Source of the DNA: Phoronis australis
Taxonomy: Eukaryota; Animalia; Phoronida
Assembly: GCA_002633005.1 (NCBI GenBank)
Contig: NMRA01000461.1
Location: 62,001-126,000, forward strand
Reading direction: 5' to 3'
DNA length: 64,000 nucleotides
Within the stretch, counting starts at the first letter, position 1; each line of letters opens with the position of its first letter. Positions 37,647-50,970 of the stretch are shown piece after piece. The notes below the pieces were generated by a model. It saw only the letters and a program-made list of their open reading frames with translations. It was not told the origin of the DNA and ran no database searches. The position numbers were made by a program, and so were the translations under genes.

Positions 37647-40600
37647 TTCAATTGAATTTAGACAAATTATGACAATGTTGACTGGTTGAAATCTTGGTTC
37701 ACAATTTTCTTTTGCTTCAGTTTCTTTAATAAAATTAAGTTGAAAATGACACCGTATTCTCCCAAATGAAAATTGTAAATTGTAGATTTTTGAGGTATAC
37801 GAGTAATGGTGGCCTATTGAAAGTCAATAGAAACAACTCAAAAGATGTCACGTGCAACGCTTTATGCAAATTAGTACCAGCATTGCCAAATTTTCATCAT
37901 TTCCGAACAACTCAGGGCTATTTTTTGTAATTGACCAATCGCAAGTGCCGTCTCCTTGCCGAAGGTCACGTGATACAAGACAAACAAACAAGATGTAAGA
38001 GGCAAATAAACTGTCGCTAAACGACATTCCTGAGGGAATTGAATAGCGTTTTCTGAACTTTCCGACAACGCTTCGATAAAGACAACAGGCGGTACTTTTC
38101 AGATGAGAATTGTACGTTCATGACTTGAAAATTTGTATTGCTGTGACGATGAAAAAATAAGTGTTCGAGGAATAGTACATTCGAGCCAGCGAAAATCCGA
38201 GGAAACCCACACGGTGTTCACATTCACTTGGAAACTGGCAAGGCCTCTGATCCGATATGTTCAGGTAAAGCTGGATATTTACCTTTAAGTCGAAATAACT
38301 GTACGATGCCATAGATTTCAGGATGTCTCGAACAAAATCAGTGAAGATTCGTCGATAGTTTTATTCTGCTGCCTGCTAATTTCAGCCAAATGAAAAGTAG
38401 GTCACAACTGAGTGTTTCTCCAAGTACAATAGGTCAAATCGATAGCACTGTTTATACTTTTCTGATCTTCAAGCGAAATATTTTGATTAAAAAATTAGGT
38501 TTGTAGTTCAGGCACATACTCATCGTTTTCTAGGCAAGCAGTTAGCTCCGGTAGGCCTAGGGATGTGTCTAAAAGTCAAATTAACGCATGCAATTGGCTG
38601 TAATTCAGTGCACCATGAAGACAATCCTTCTGATGAACTTCACATTTTTGTAATTTCGTTGCATAAAGGTAGTTTGCTTTTAATTTTAAACGTAGCATGA
38701 TCACTAAGCTGGGGTATGGTAACAAAAGATGACAGGTCTGGTGTAGTGGCAGAAGTGAACATTGATAAAAATAACCAAAATTGTTTTATAGAGCTTCATA
38801 AACCCAAGTATAGTGTTTGAACAACTGCAAAATGAGCTCTCTTTAACTTTACAGGCGTAGTGTATACTAGAGGTTCTCATCAAAAAATAATTCAACCGAT
38901 TATTTTTTGTGACAGCAATGCGAACGAGGGTTTGAGTTCAGTAATCTAGTGCCCTGCCATTATGTGCCGATCGAATCAATCAATTTTAGTGACACGTTCA
39001 GTTGAACGTCAGGCTACGGGCATATGAATAACAGAAATGTACCTGTGCTACGAAACAACGATGCCCATTATAGGTCGAAATAAATGAAAAATTGAAAATG
39101 TCCTTAACAACAACTTCCCTGGGACTACCGCTAAACTTGTGCTGGAATCCACCAGATGCCGAGACAAAGCCCCACACGAGTGAAACTCCGGAGTAAAAAT
39201 GAGATAGGTCTACAGAATAGCCAAAAAAACCGAAGCAGTACGTGTCTTGGAACAAATATATTAGTTATCTATTTAACCTTCGAGTTATCCACAACATTGT
39301 TAAGGTCAACTGTTCGTGTGGCCGTCCACACAGTGTGATCCCGGCATCGTTTACACAGTCTACAACGCTTTTCGACTAAGGGAATGCCCAACTAATGACA
39401 GGATATTGTTCTCGAGCTGTTTAACGCCATAACTACACACGCCATATCAACACCGTTTCGCTATTCTTATCGCACATGTTTTGAGGCTACAGACTAAGAT
39501 AAGGTTTACAGACAACAACATCGTTTGTCAGGTAAAATGGCGGCTTAAAAACGCAGACGAAGGTGTTTCAAGATTGCTGCATTCCAACATGTTAGTTAAG
39601 CTGTCAGTCATAATCTTGACGATAGCTCAATTGAACAAACGCTATAATAAAATACTAGTGTCATACACTGGACTAAAATGGGTTTCTTACAGAGTAATGG
39701 CCGTCACGTTGGATTTAACCTTTAATGCCACCTGCAGGCGTAGATTCAAGGTCATAATAAGACTTAGGATTGAATATATAGAACCCTTTATATTTTCATT
39801 AAAGTCAACAGGTTCCTTGCCCCATGAACACGTCACTGATTGGGCGACATCAGTAGCCAATCCTAAGCATAGACATAAATTTGGTCATTGCGTGAGAGGG
39901 AGTAGCCGACAGCCACCATAGTTCAGGAACTGTTTGGGCGCATAGAGCAGGCTTCATAGGGGACTGTGTATTAGAACACACTTCAATGGAATCGTACTCC
40001 ATTTTTCACTCTATCAAAAACTGCACGAAAAGAATGAAACGTTTCGACTCATTTCACATCAAAAGCCCTACAGATGAGCAGAGGAACTTTATTCTCTCTT
40101 GTATTTTTCACCCTTTCACTCCTGCCAAAAACCAAGCTGACTAAGAAAAATAGGGACAAAAAACTCAAAATCGGCACTTTTCACCTCAAAAACCATTACT
40201 TCCCTGCCGATGCTGGCCTAAAGCCAACATAAGATTTCGAAAGCAAATTTCCTTCCAATTCCAAAAATGCTGTGCATAAGTAACATTCAACCGACTAGTT
40301 TTTGCAAATCTGGCTTGCTTGAGGGCTAGCTGAAATCGCGGCTAACTTCTCAGTCGCCACCCAGCAAAGCACAAATCCAACAGGGGGCCGACATCTTGAA
40401 CAAGAGTGCAGCGACATCCGAGCAAGTTGACTTTTTTCATTCTCAGCATGTTCACTATTATGAACAAACCACATTCACTTGGTTTACATGCAATACCTGA
40501 GCAAAGATTGAGCCACGGTTTTAATATTTAGGGAGTGCAAATTGGTCGCGGCCGCAGCGGACATTGTACATGTACATTAAGTGTTCAGAGCCACTTTTGA

Positions 40601-42863
40601 TGTCAACACGGTAGGCGGATTGTCAAAAGCCCAATATATAGTCAAAGGTGCACGGTGTCAGGCAGGGACTTGTTGCTTATATCATGACAAGATACCGTAA
40701 GTGACCACAGGTTACTAATGGCAATATTTTTTTTCGTTTTTTTGCGTTTTATATGAAGTTAGCAGACCACAATTCACTCTGGCAACGTCACTAACGAGAA
40801 GCGAAACATTATATCTTCGTTTAGTTGTCGGGGAATTTACTTGGCACGCTTGTTTTTGATAGTGAGTGAACACACAATGTTACAGGGGGCACATTCTCAC
40901 TCCAAACATAAGATTTAGAGATATTAAAAATGTTAATGTCGGAAAACAATTTGTCTCAGCCACTCGGATATAGTGACAAAAATCTCGAAAATATGTTCGC
41001 TAGGTCAAATTCATCTATGGTCTCATATTTCAAGTCGTTTAATTACTTACATTTAAACAATAATCCAAATGCAAAATCATAATTTATGCGATATTCGTTT
41101 TTGTATGTTACCCACTTTTCATTGAAGGACAGATCACATTTTATTGAAGTGAACAATACTTATCCTTGAGAGAAAACACAATAAATGATGAGAGACTTTA
41201 TTTCGGTAGATACGGCATGGGTTTCAATTCGGTTTTAATTTCAATTATATTTAAGTTCGTAGCTTTTTAAACGCTCCAAAAATGCATTTTCTTATTAGTT
41301 ATCTATATCTATTACCTATTTAAAATCTTGAGACTTCGTAACCTCATCGGTAAACCACCAATTCCCAAGAAAACCAAGTCAGAATATCATATGTTTGATG
41401 GCAAGTTTGTACATACATGTATACTATAGATATTTGATATCAAACAATCCAATAAATTAAATATTGTTTAACCTATAGCGCTCATAGGCATGGGTACCCG
41501 GATTTATGGTTACATTGCAGTAGTTTATTTTAAAACATAACGACTGTACATGTATGTGAAGTTGGTGAAACACTTGCGCAAAACAATATTTTTTTTGAAA
41601 AATCCATCATTTAAATAATTAGGCGCATGAGTTCAAGTGTGATCAAAAATCCATTTTTTGGAAATATATTTTAGTCAATAACACCACTTTGGAAATTTTG
41701 GTATTAAGAAATCAGTATACATATGAAGTCTATTTTGGAAGTCTCTGTTCTTAATTTTATTGTCGATTATCTGAGCGAATTTGACTTTCTTGTTCAAACT
41801 GTGCACTTTACGTTCAAAAGCGATCCATGTTCTTCAAATTCCGTTAAACGAATGTAACAAAGAGCAAAGAGGTTGTTTTAAGCTGAAACAGCCGGGGTAG
41901 CACATGCGACTCATGCTTACACAAATTCGGTGACGAACGGAAAGTCAACACAAAATATCGACCAATGGCGACAACAGTAATACCGGTCCTAGACTTCAGT
42001 AACTCAAGCGCAAGGTGCCACTGCCAGCCTATTAAGACATTTACTATAACTAATGCGTTCAACACGACCTCGTAATTCATGATCAGGGTGTATAATTTAA
42101 TGGCAATGTGAATTGCGGTACCGCTCAATTACCCTTGAATTGAGCAGTTCAAAGCAAATTTTAACATTGTTTTAGACCCCAGACCCAATATCTTGGGCAT
42201 TTCCTGTGGTATTTTTCTGCCCTGCCGTCATTTCTGAAATCGGTTATATATATATCAGTCAATTTTTGTTGCAAAAATGTGTTATTTCTTGTTTAAAACG
42301 TTAGTGTTACATTGTAAATGAAGTATCTTGAATAACATGTTCATTTTGTCGTCTGCTCGCGCGTTGGCAAATAAACCAAAAACTCGATTTGTATTGATGC
42401 GTAGTCCATTGCCATATAATTCTTTATGTATAATAGTGTTTATTGTAAATGACTTATTAATTCAATTGAGTAAGTTATAATTAAAAACATATAAACATAA
42501 CCCGATATTTCTAAGTTGCATGTACACCTTAGGCACGAGCTTTGTCGAAACCTAATTAACGTCTTATCACGCATTTTTAAGCATCTTGCTTACAACGTAT
42601 CTTCATCTTTTATTACTATCTATTGGTGAGTATCTTGCAATTTGTTCACTTTTAAACAAAAATCCCACAAATTGCATGCTTAGTTGGTGCTGTTCCATAC
42701 AACAACATAGTGGCGCTGGTCGTCTCGCATTATTTGTACATTAAGTCTACCTCTGCCTTGATATCCGGGGTTCTATGCAGTAGTGGCTCCGTGTTGGCTC
42801 ATACTCGCTACAGTACATGTACGTACATGAACGTGGCGAAAACTGACTGCTATCAATTCTTAC

Positions 42864-42986
42864 TTCGACAGGTGTGTCCATCGCCTTCATACCCAAATGA
42901 ACACTGACACACGTAGTCTCCATACAGGGGTTTGATGCAAACGGCATTTGCGTCGCACTTCTGCAACTTCTTTACGCACTCGTCCA
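42864..42986 (-). CDS. EGF-like domain exon
   Basis: 123 nt, phase 1-1, ccag and gtaaga sites. DECVKKLQKCDANAVCIKPLYGDYVCQCSFGYEGDGHTCR has six Cys with C.C..GY.GDG..C. Confidence 0.92.
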
Positions 42987-43509
42987 CTGGTACAATGGAA
43001 CAGGTGTGATGACATTAATTAGATATCACTACATTGCAGTATTTCATCAAACTGAAACTGAGAACAAGCCACAATAATTCAGGTAATCGCAGTTACCACG
43101 GGAAGTGATTTTTCAAGTATCGTTTAAAATCCTTACTGACAAATAGCAAACCCGTGGGTTTACAAATTAAGAAGGCATCAAAACCATAACCTGTCGTAAC
43201 TTAGTCGTACGAAGGCGTTTCAAGTGGCCTTTGTGGTGTATTTGACATAACAGATGTCCTAGATTTACTCTCTCGGCAGATGACATCAAATTGAACACGT
43301 CTAAAATTTTCTTTTGTTGCTGATATCTTCATATTTAACAGTCTCCTAATTTCAGGCCATGCGGCATTTACTTGATATGGAAGTTTGAAACATCTTATGC
43401 TTTGAACATATCACTTGTGGATGTCCTGAAACATGGTAATTTCTACAAATGTCATGCATTTACTATCTGGAAATAATACAGCTTAGTTGCAAACACAAAA
43501 ATAACTCAC

Positions 43510-43775
43510 TTTTTTGAACAAAGCCGTACACCCGTCGGTATCGTTTTGTTTTCACTTCCTTTACTAAAAGAGGACTTGGTCCATCTTTGATCCCGTAATA
43601 CAATTTGGCCGCACACTGCATGTCCCCAAGGAAATTGCGCCGTTCGTTGAAATGCATTAAGAATTTGAAATCCTTTCCATGCGTAACGTTTTGTTGAGTC
43701 GTAGCGTCAAATCTTTGAGAAAGAACTTCCTCGTGAAGAAATTTCCCCTTGGAGTCATCTGATTTCATTTTCAGA
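43510..43775 (-). CDS. Exon of the unrecognised N-terminal region
   Basis: tttgcag and gtgagt sites, 266 nt open, phase 2 to 1, in frame with the EGF exon. LKMKSDDSKGKFLHEE...KRYRRVYGFVQK. Confidence 0.72.
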
Positions 43776-45227
43776 CTGCAAATAGGTGTTCAGTTTTACC
43801 GTGCGCAAGAAAAACTAATACTAACATTCGTTTAAAACACAGTATAATGTCACTTAAAGAAACCTCTAAGTTAGTTTTGGAGTGAAACCTCTTTAAATGT
43901 TAACAATACACGCACTACAAGTTTGGGACTCTGATTTTACAAGCTTATTGAGTGGTGTCACTGATTGGTTAAATCAACCGTAAGACTTTATTGTCACCTT
44001 AAAATTGAGCCCTTTTGGCTGTAGCCTTGTTTAACGCTTCAATGCGGAACCTTACGACAAAACATTAAGCCAATCACCCAGAAAATATTAAAATTAGCGC
44101 TGTAAGGTGTAAATCTTCTGAAAGTAGAATGCCTGTAGTATTTAATTTTATAGTTATGACAATCTGTAATCTGGTCACGTAACGTTGAGTTTTACTAAAA
44201 TAAGAAACAAGTGAGGTTACTTTAATAAGAAAACAACATTATAAAAACACAAACATTTAGTATAAATGTTTAGAATGGTATTTCAACATCGTCGTTTCGG
44301 TTTCCTGCGATATCAGATATATTCCACTCATGCAACGTTTGAGTATACCGTATCAATGAAAATCATAAACTATTTAAATTTGATAGTTTCTTATGCATAG
44401 ATGAAACATTTTAAAATTAAGTCCTAAAAGCAGTTTACAGAACATAGTGCAAAGCATAGCATTCGAATGTTTCATGTGAATCTTATCCGAAGTCCATGTG
44501 TATGATAACGTTCGAGTTAGCTAAGGCTGGGCAATTTTTCCCCAATAAAACACATCTCAACGTTAAATTTGGAGGCATCTTCGGTCACTGAACAGTTAAT
44601 ATTTATTTCAAGTCAAAGAACGCTCTTCATTCACATAGATGTTGTTTTGAATTCCTGAGGGTCGCTTCGAAAATAGACCGTCCAGCAGGATTACCATGAC
44701 AATGACTACATGGATGGTATACTGGATTGCAATATACATGTAATCATGATGTGTGCAATCTAATTATGAGGAAGCCAGTGTGAATGTCTGTTTTTGAAGG
44801 TGGCTGGCATTTGAAACACATCGAGGAATATGTGTTCGGTGGAACCATTGCACCAGTAATAAATTGCCTGTTGATTTATAAGCACAGGCTACACTGTAAA
44901 CATCTGAGTCTACTCGGTGTACCAGAAACGTCCATTAACTTAGTGAACTAGAAATACTAAAGATTTTTACAAAAATAAACGACAAGGACTACTATTATGG
45001 AACAAAATAGTTTAAGTTTGGCGACCAAATGCAAAGCTGTGCATGCTCAGGACTGGTATCGGGGGCACTTCGCTTCGTTAAGGATTAGAGGTCATTGTCG
45101 CGAGAAATGTTTTGGGCATTCTAGATTAACACAGAAACTGTAGGTCTCATGGAAATCACTTCCGGTTATCCATTTTTGACATTTGATGCAAATTTTGGAC
45201 ACCAGGAATACCTGGAAAACTTCATAC

Positions 45228-45403
45228 CTGCATGACAAACGCAATTTGCACTTCTCTGTCGCCAATGCAACTGTCACCGATGCTCGAACGTTCAAAATGT
45301 TCGTTCCCATGTGATAAGGCATGGTGCCTGCCCATCTTTCTCCGTGGAACCTGGCTTGTACTGTGAGGAGCGAGTGAGCATTATGTGCCCAGCTGCACGC
45401 ATG
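45228..45403 (-). CDS. Exon of the unrecognised N-terminal region
   Basis: tctctag and gtatga sites, phase 0 to 2, joining 43775 in frame. HACSWAHNAHSLLTVQARFHGERW...KCKLRLSC. An alternative acceptor at 45360 is possible. Confidence 0.62.
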
Positions 45404-45848
45404 CTAGAGATAACAACGATCAGACCTTTTATAGGACGTAAAACACGCCTAAGTTTGCATCAAATACTCGTTGCCTAGAACAAGAAAACTGAAGTCATGT
45501 AAGACCACGCAAAATCGTACTACAAAGTCAAGTGCTTTACAAGCGTGCTCGGTATGTCCATTGCGTACATGTAGATTAGCACTTTACACTACTGAAGAGT
45601 TTGGTCAGCGACGTTGTCGAGATCTCGATAATATTTTGTAACATTCATTTGGCGTTTGAGAGCCTTGAGTAAGCGACACGCACAAGAGACACAGGTTTGT
45701 GAACTTCGTCACTGCATTGGCTACGGCTCGTGAGGTGTCGCGTTTGAAAAAGGCAGACGGCATAGCATATACAGGAAATACCAATATTCTTTGAAATATG
45801 TTGTGGTTATAAATCCATGACGTCTTTACACGTACCGATTCAATTAAC

Positions 45849-46087
45849 CTGAGGGTATGAAATGGTAACCACGAATACGATAACTTTGACGCGTTTTGAC
45901 AGGGTGGTGAACAGGCAAGCTGTGTTCTTGAGACGAAGGAACGCAGACTGGCGGGTGTTGGGATTCAGTGAAAATCGATAAATAGGCACAACTATACGAT
46001 TTAAAAGCTCATAATGATTGCAACCCGGAAGGCAACAAACTCCAGGCACATTGAGTAAGTCCCAAAGAGATGCAAATGGAGGTTCAG
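45849..46087 (-). CDS. Probable N-terminal exon (boundaries uncertain)
   Basis: Open 239 nt, phase 1 to 0 (EPPFASLWDLLNVPGVCCLPGCNHY...TISYPQ), with a weak gttaat donor. Alternative model is 45836-45947 in another frame with a gtacgt donor. Confidence 0.45.
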
Positions 46088-46682
46088 CTTTGTACAAGAT
46101 GAAGAGCGCATACAGGCATCCGAAGTCAAACACAGTGCACGTAAACAAATATGGATTGAAACGAAATGGGCAACGAACGTCGCTCATTTTCGTAATGAGG
46201 CATCCATGGATTGGAATCGGAACTCATAAATTTTCCCGGTTTGAAATTCATTCGGATAACCAGAAGATCGTACAATGTATTTATACAGAGACTACCCTAA
46301 AATGACTGCTTTCTCTCCGTTTGAAAAAGGACGAACGCGAAAGCTCTGTCTGTAAATTGTAAGAAGACTTGCCGAAAAAAAACTAGTGCAGGATTCAAGG
46401 AGGGTCAAGGGATTTTGTCAAATAGTGTAGGTTAGTAATTGTGTGACAACAGGCGGTAGAGTCAAATTTGAGTGGAAGCTTCCAAAACGGGCTTTTATAC
46501 GATTTTTAACAATAGATTGAAAAAATAACCATTTCAATTGTCGCCTAATGGCTTGGCAGATTTAGTTTCAAGTATTTTTAGATTACAGACAATTACGTTG
46601 CAAGTTCATTGCCACTGAAAATATACATTTTAATTTGACAAATGCTATTTTATTGCGACCAAAGTATAAGTACGGGTTATAC

Positions 46683-46811
46683 TTTTGGCAAAGTGTGAGT
46701 CAGAGTATGACAGAGTTCTTATTTTGAAAACTACGGTGTTACGCTCTTTAAAATAAGTATGAAGTCCACGAGTCTTTTCTATGTCATCGTTGAAATCAAA
46801 GCATTCGTAAA
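46683..46811 (-). CDS. Possible second coding exon
   Basis: ctgtcag acceptor, phase 1-1, YECFDFNDDIEKTRGLHTYFKERNTVVFKIRTLSYSDSHFAK. Donor ambiguous (46683 or 46674). Confidence 0.38.
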
Positions 46812-46877
46812 CTGACAGTTGACCGAAAATTGCTCCGAAATTTTTGTCAACCAATTTTCGCAAACAAACACGTACGT

Positions 46878-46878
<1 letters not shown>

Positions 46879-46923
<45 letters not shown>
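46879..46923. repeat. (CA)n microsatellite in putative intron 1
   Basis: Perfect CA run. Confidence 0.97.
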
Positions 46924-46925
<2 letters not shown>

Positions 46926-46954
46926 TGGGCTACTTTTCCCTTTTCTAAATTTAC

Positions 46955-46988
46955 TCACCAAAACAAAGAGAACCAGCAAACCGATCAT
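46955..46988 (-). CDS. Putative first coding exon (signal peptide MIGLLVLFVLV)
   Basis: AAGATG start and a hydrophobic run, with overlapping donors TTG|gtgagt (46959) and GTGA|gtaaat (46955). A TATA-like motif lies ~50 nt upstream. Confidence 0.55.
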
Positions 46989-47018
46989 CTTCGTGATGCT
47001 CTCCCTTCTACTCAACTC

Positions 47019-47043
47019 GGTATAAGTACAGTGGACTTATACC
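47019..47043. promoter_or_regulatory. Palindromic TATA-like element upstream of the putative start
   Basis: GGTATAAGT-ACAGTGG-ACTTATACC: a 9-bp inverted repeat giving TATAAG on both strands. Confidence 0.4.
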
Positions 47044-50028
47044 ACGTGGTCAGTGACATCAGTTTCACAATGGATGATGAATTATTCTTCGTCTTAATAT
47101 TTTGAAGGACTATTGATAATATTCAAAATTTCGATGTATTCATATATAACATCTTATCTGAGAGAGGGCTAATCAGATTCCCGCAAAACTTTCAGGTGAT
47201 GGTGCGATTTAAGCAATATTCTACAAAGGCCGTTAGAAATTGAAAACTTAATTCTCTTTTCAGCATACCATCTGTTGGCCATATCACGTGACCTAATTTA
47301 TGTAAGTCTTAAAAGATTTCTGACTACGATCGTGACTCGAGCCCGGAACTTTCTGCTGACCGTGGCAAAACTCAAAATGTTTGCAGCGTATTCGCTACGT
47401 CACATTGAGATTGACATTGTTTTCTGACTGATTTATTTTGTATGAGGGATATCAAAATTTGGCTTTCACTATTGTGTACACGAAAACGAAAAAAAAAAAA
47501 TGTTTACATGACCGACCAAACCAACTGTGATCTGGTGTGAAGTAAAATGATACAGGATTTGCAATTTCACAAAATATATGACTTCACCGAATTCAATTTA
47601 GAGGTTTTGTATTTTTGATTGAATGCACTAACTTATCGAGAAGCTTCTACTTGAACTTACGTAATAGAACAGATTGAGATTAAATGATATATGATGTAAA
47701 CGTAAATGTTAAAATAGGAATGAAGCACCAAATTCTCATGAACATGTTAAATGGATTGGCAGGCTACCCGTATATCATTACTGCACGATAATGTGTTGAG
47801 CCTACGGACTGAAATAATACTGTATTACTATAAACAATTTGCACCAATTGCTTTGCCCAAACGTGCTCACATAACAAAATTTAGGAGAAAACCCTCAAGC
47901 AGCAGATGTTCTTTGTAAATTGGGTCATCATTTCCGGTAGATCCCTGTCTGCTATGAATCATCCAATGCGTAAGTTATAGCCAGTTTCACGTGCACTGCA
48001 CTACTCCAACACCCACGGTTCTGTAGAATAAAATTTACCGTTGGTAACGAATACATGTACCTTAAACAAATTCTGAGATGCCAGAAGTCAGCCTGACCGA
48101 TTTCGGCGTCGTTGAACAAAAAGGACGCCAAAATTCATAAACTAGATAACTATCAACCAGTATCTGAACATGTGCACAATTTACACAGTAACCATCTCCA
48201 AGTTTGAGACTACAGATTTGCCAGCGATACGGTGAGTACCTTCTGGTGTTACCTGCGAAAAGTATAACAATCTTCCGCCTAAGGTGCCAGCGCAGCGTGG
48301 GTATATTGCACTGAGAGACATACATGTTTTGATGCCAGTTTCTGCGTTGTTTTTTTTCTCAGCAGAAAAGACCCCATGCTCTGAATTGAGGCAATTTTGG
48401 AATGTCAAAACGTGTCTGTCTGGTATAGTTAGCACCTGCATATGTAATCGTTCTCTATATCGATATTTATAACTTTCAGCCAGGTGAATTGCTGAAGTTC
48501 TGTGTTATTGTAAATTTCCTAATGGATTCTGGAACTCGATATGGCGTACTAAACTTACATTTCGCACTAAGATGATCCAATGGTTTGCGTTGTAGTTTTG
48601 CTATTTTTGCAGCTCAACGCTATTTGCCGACGTTTATGTGTTATGTTGAACATCGACCCGTACTCAGAAATTAATGTTTTGAAAATTATTTCCATCTTAA
48701 ATATGACCCGAAATTGATGGGTAAGACTCTATTTAACCATTTGCATCACTGACGTGCGAGCCCGTTAATTAAAACCTACAACTCATTACACATTTCTACT
48801 AAGTCTACACGTAGAATTGAATTCCTGATTTGCTGACATGATTAAAACAGTCAGTCATTGACCCAACATTCGAGAACTCGACCTTGCAGCTCTTGTTTAT
48901 TACCGTCAATGTTGAGATTCTCCTTCTGTAGAAACGATTACTTTCACTTGTGGACACAGCTCCAACCATGCCATTCATTATGTTGTTTTTCAAAAAAGTA
49001 CTTTATAAGTAACCATGGGTTGTAGTAGGCATTTATAATTTCATTATTTATTTGTATTCATGATTGTCCTCATATCAAATATTCACCAGTTGTATTATTA
49101 TTCCGTGTTGATCATTCCTTGTGTTTGCCTAATAGCTGATTTTCGAAATACTCCCACATTGAAATGTACAATCTTGCCAGAGGGTAATATCGTCTTTGGT
49201 GCAAAGGAGCGCCACCAACAGACCCCAAATCATGCGAAAGGGAAGTTTCAACCTGACGGTATGAACAGCGTCTTTACGTCTTTCGCGTTTACACAATGCC
49301 AGCAAATTTTCACTGGGAAGTACTTAGTGTTTACGGAAAAGGGAAAACCTTTTGAAATATCCATAGTGGACAAAATGTTCCAAGCAACTCCCATTACGAT
49401 GAAGAAACCTTGGCGGAATAATCTCTGGCTGCGACTGATAAAAACGGCAGAGTTTCGACCCCTGTCGATGTCAAAAAGAAACATTGAATTAGCACATCTT
49501 AACTCATGAAACAGTGGAAACGTTTGATCATGAGATCTATCCCTATGTTTTAAATTTGATTAACCACTATTTGTAGCAATGATTTTCTGTCCATCAAATC
49601 TGAGTCTGGATCAAGCAATAGTCAGTTTCTCGCGGTACTCATTACTCGAGAGTGCGACAGTGTGAAATGTCTGTGATTGAGTATTTTATAGACCATTCAC
49701 AACTAAAGCTTGACAGCTTATCAAACACTCATGTCTGTAATGTTGCGACTATTTTATTTCCTTCAGACGACGAATGATTGGCAAATGCTTACTAGTAACA
49801 TGTTGATGAGCTCGTGTTTTTGCTACTCTCCAACTCGTCAGATTTCCAGCCTAACGTGAGACTTCTTTAGATAATTACTCACAGACAGTTAGAGCATTCC
49901 ATACAGTCTCCCGTGTCCATGAGCAACGGACAAGTGCTCTGGAAGGACCGAGCACGGTTTGGTCGTATAGTTCATGACGCTTTCGAATTTCGAAAGTGTT
50001 CGTCCTTCCTGGCCTCGGAAACCCTGGC

Positions 50029-50970
50029 CATGAGACGCCACATGCATTGTTATGTACCCGACTGTAAGAAGAACTTGTCGCAATTTCGTTTCCCAGACTC
50101 AATATAGCGAGCACACGTCATAGGTTCACCTAGACCCTGTTCATAATCATCAAGCGAAACCCTTGAAAGGTGGTGTCTTTCAACCATCGGTTTCTCAGCA
50201 AGGTTGGTCACCTTACAAACCCGTCATTTACTGTGGACATTCTTTACAGGAACCGACCCGTGGCCGTGGATGTTTACTAGGGATAGTCTGGCCTGTGATA
50301 CAAATGTATTTTCAGCTCCAGTTTTAAAGCTATGGTAGACAACATATTAAACTACAAAACAATTTTTAGTGTTAAAATTATCTTACAGTATTTTACGGAA
50401 ATAACTTACATTTTGTGTATGAATATTTGTTATGCAATTGTATCTGAAATATTTACTAACACTCATGTGTTAAAACAACTTTCGAAAAACTACTCATGTA
50501 ATTATTTTCATTTCTATGTGAGTGCGGGATATATGACCACTGTTTATATTCTTTCAAAATTTCTTATTTCTTCAATGTTTACCTGCTCCCCGCGGGCAGC
50601 AATTGATGAATTGATACCCGTGCACGTACATGTAATGTATACTGGTGCGCAATCAGATGGTTACCCTTTAGTTTTAGTCTTTTCTGCGACTGGTATTTTC
50701 AAAGATCAGAAGATCATTATCAAACAGGTCTGTTCAGTTTACTTACTTGCATTTGTTCACGAATCGTCTCTAATTTCTTGTTTGGTATTTGTAAACGGCT
50801 TGGTAACGTTTGTTGCGCTTTCCGCCTCAACTGTACATCGCGGCTCCAGCAGGGCATGCCCGGTGCATTCGTTATGAACTGCGTATTCGTTTTCATCGAT
50901 TCCGTCAATGTAGCTACTATTACCGAGGGGCTTGTTGCTAATAGCTGCCGAAATTATTGACAAGAGTTTG
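50029..50970 (+). mobile_element. Decayed THAP-domain transposase remnant (Kolobok-like)
   Basis: MRRHMHCYVPDCKKN (THAP C.VP.C), then HRF and IYCGH fragments. Downstream VHESSLI..FGICKR and FSSIPS..GLLLIAAEII resemble motifs recalled from Kolobok-type transposases. Stops and frameshifts throughout. Confidence 0.45.

Noticed and set aside
39970-40010. KWSTIPLKC, resembling a Sushi C-terminus
   Set aside because: No upstream Cys pattern, no 177-nt open exon and no donor site.
41921-42028. Phase 1-1 open segment between the EGF and Sushi exons
   Set aside because: The translation (WQWHLALELLKSRTG...) has no domain signature, so inclusion cannot be supported without RNA data.
50332-50877. 181-aa hydrophobic ORF
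   Set aside because: Low-complexity AT-rich reading frame overlapping transposase remnants, with no coherent protein signature.
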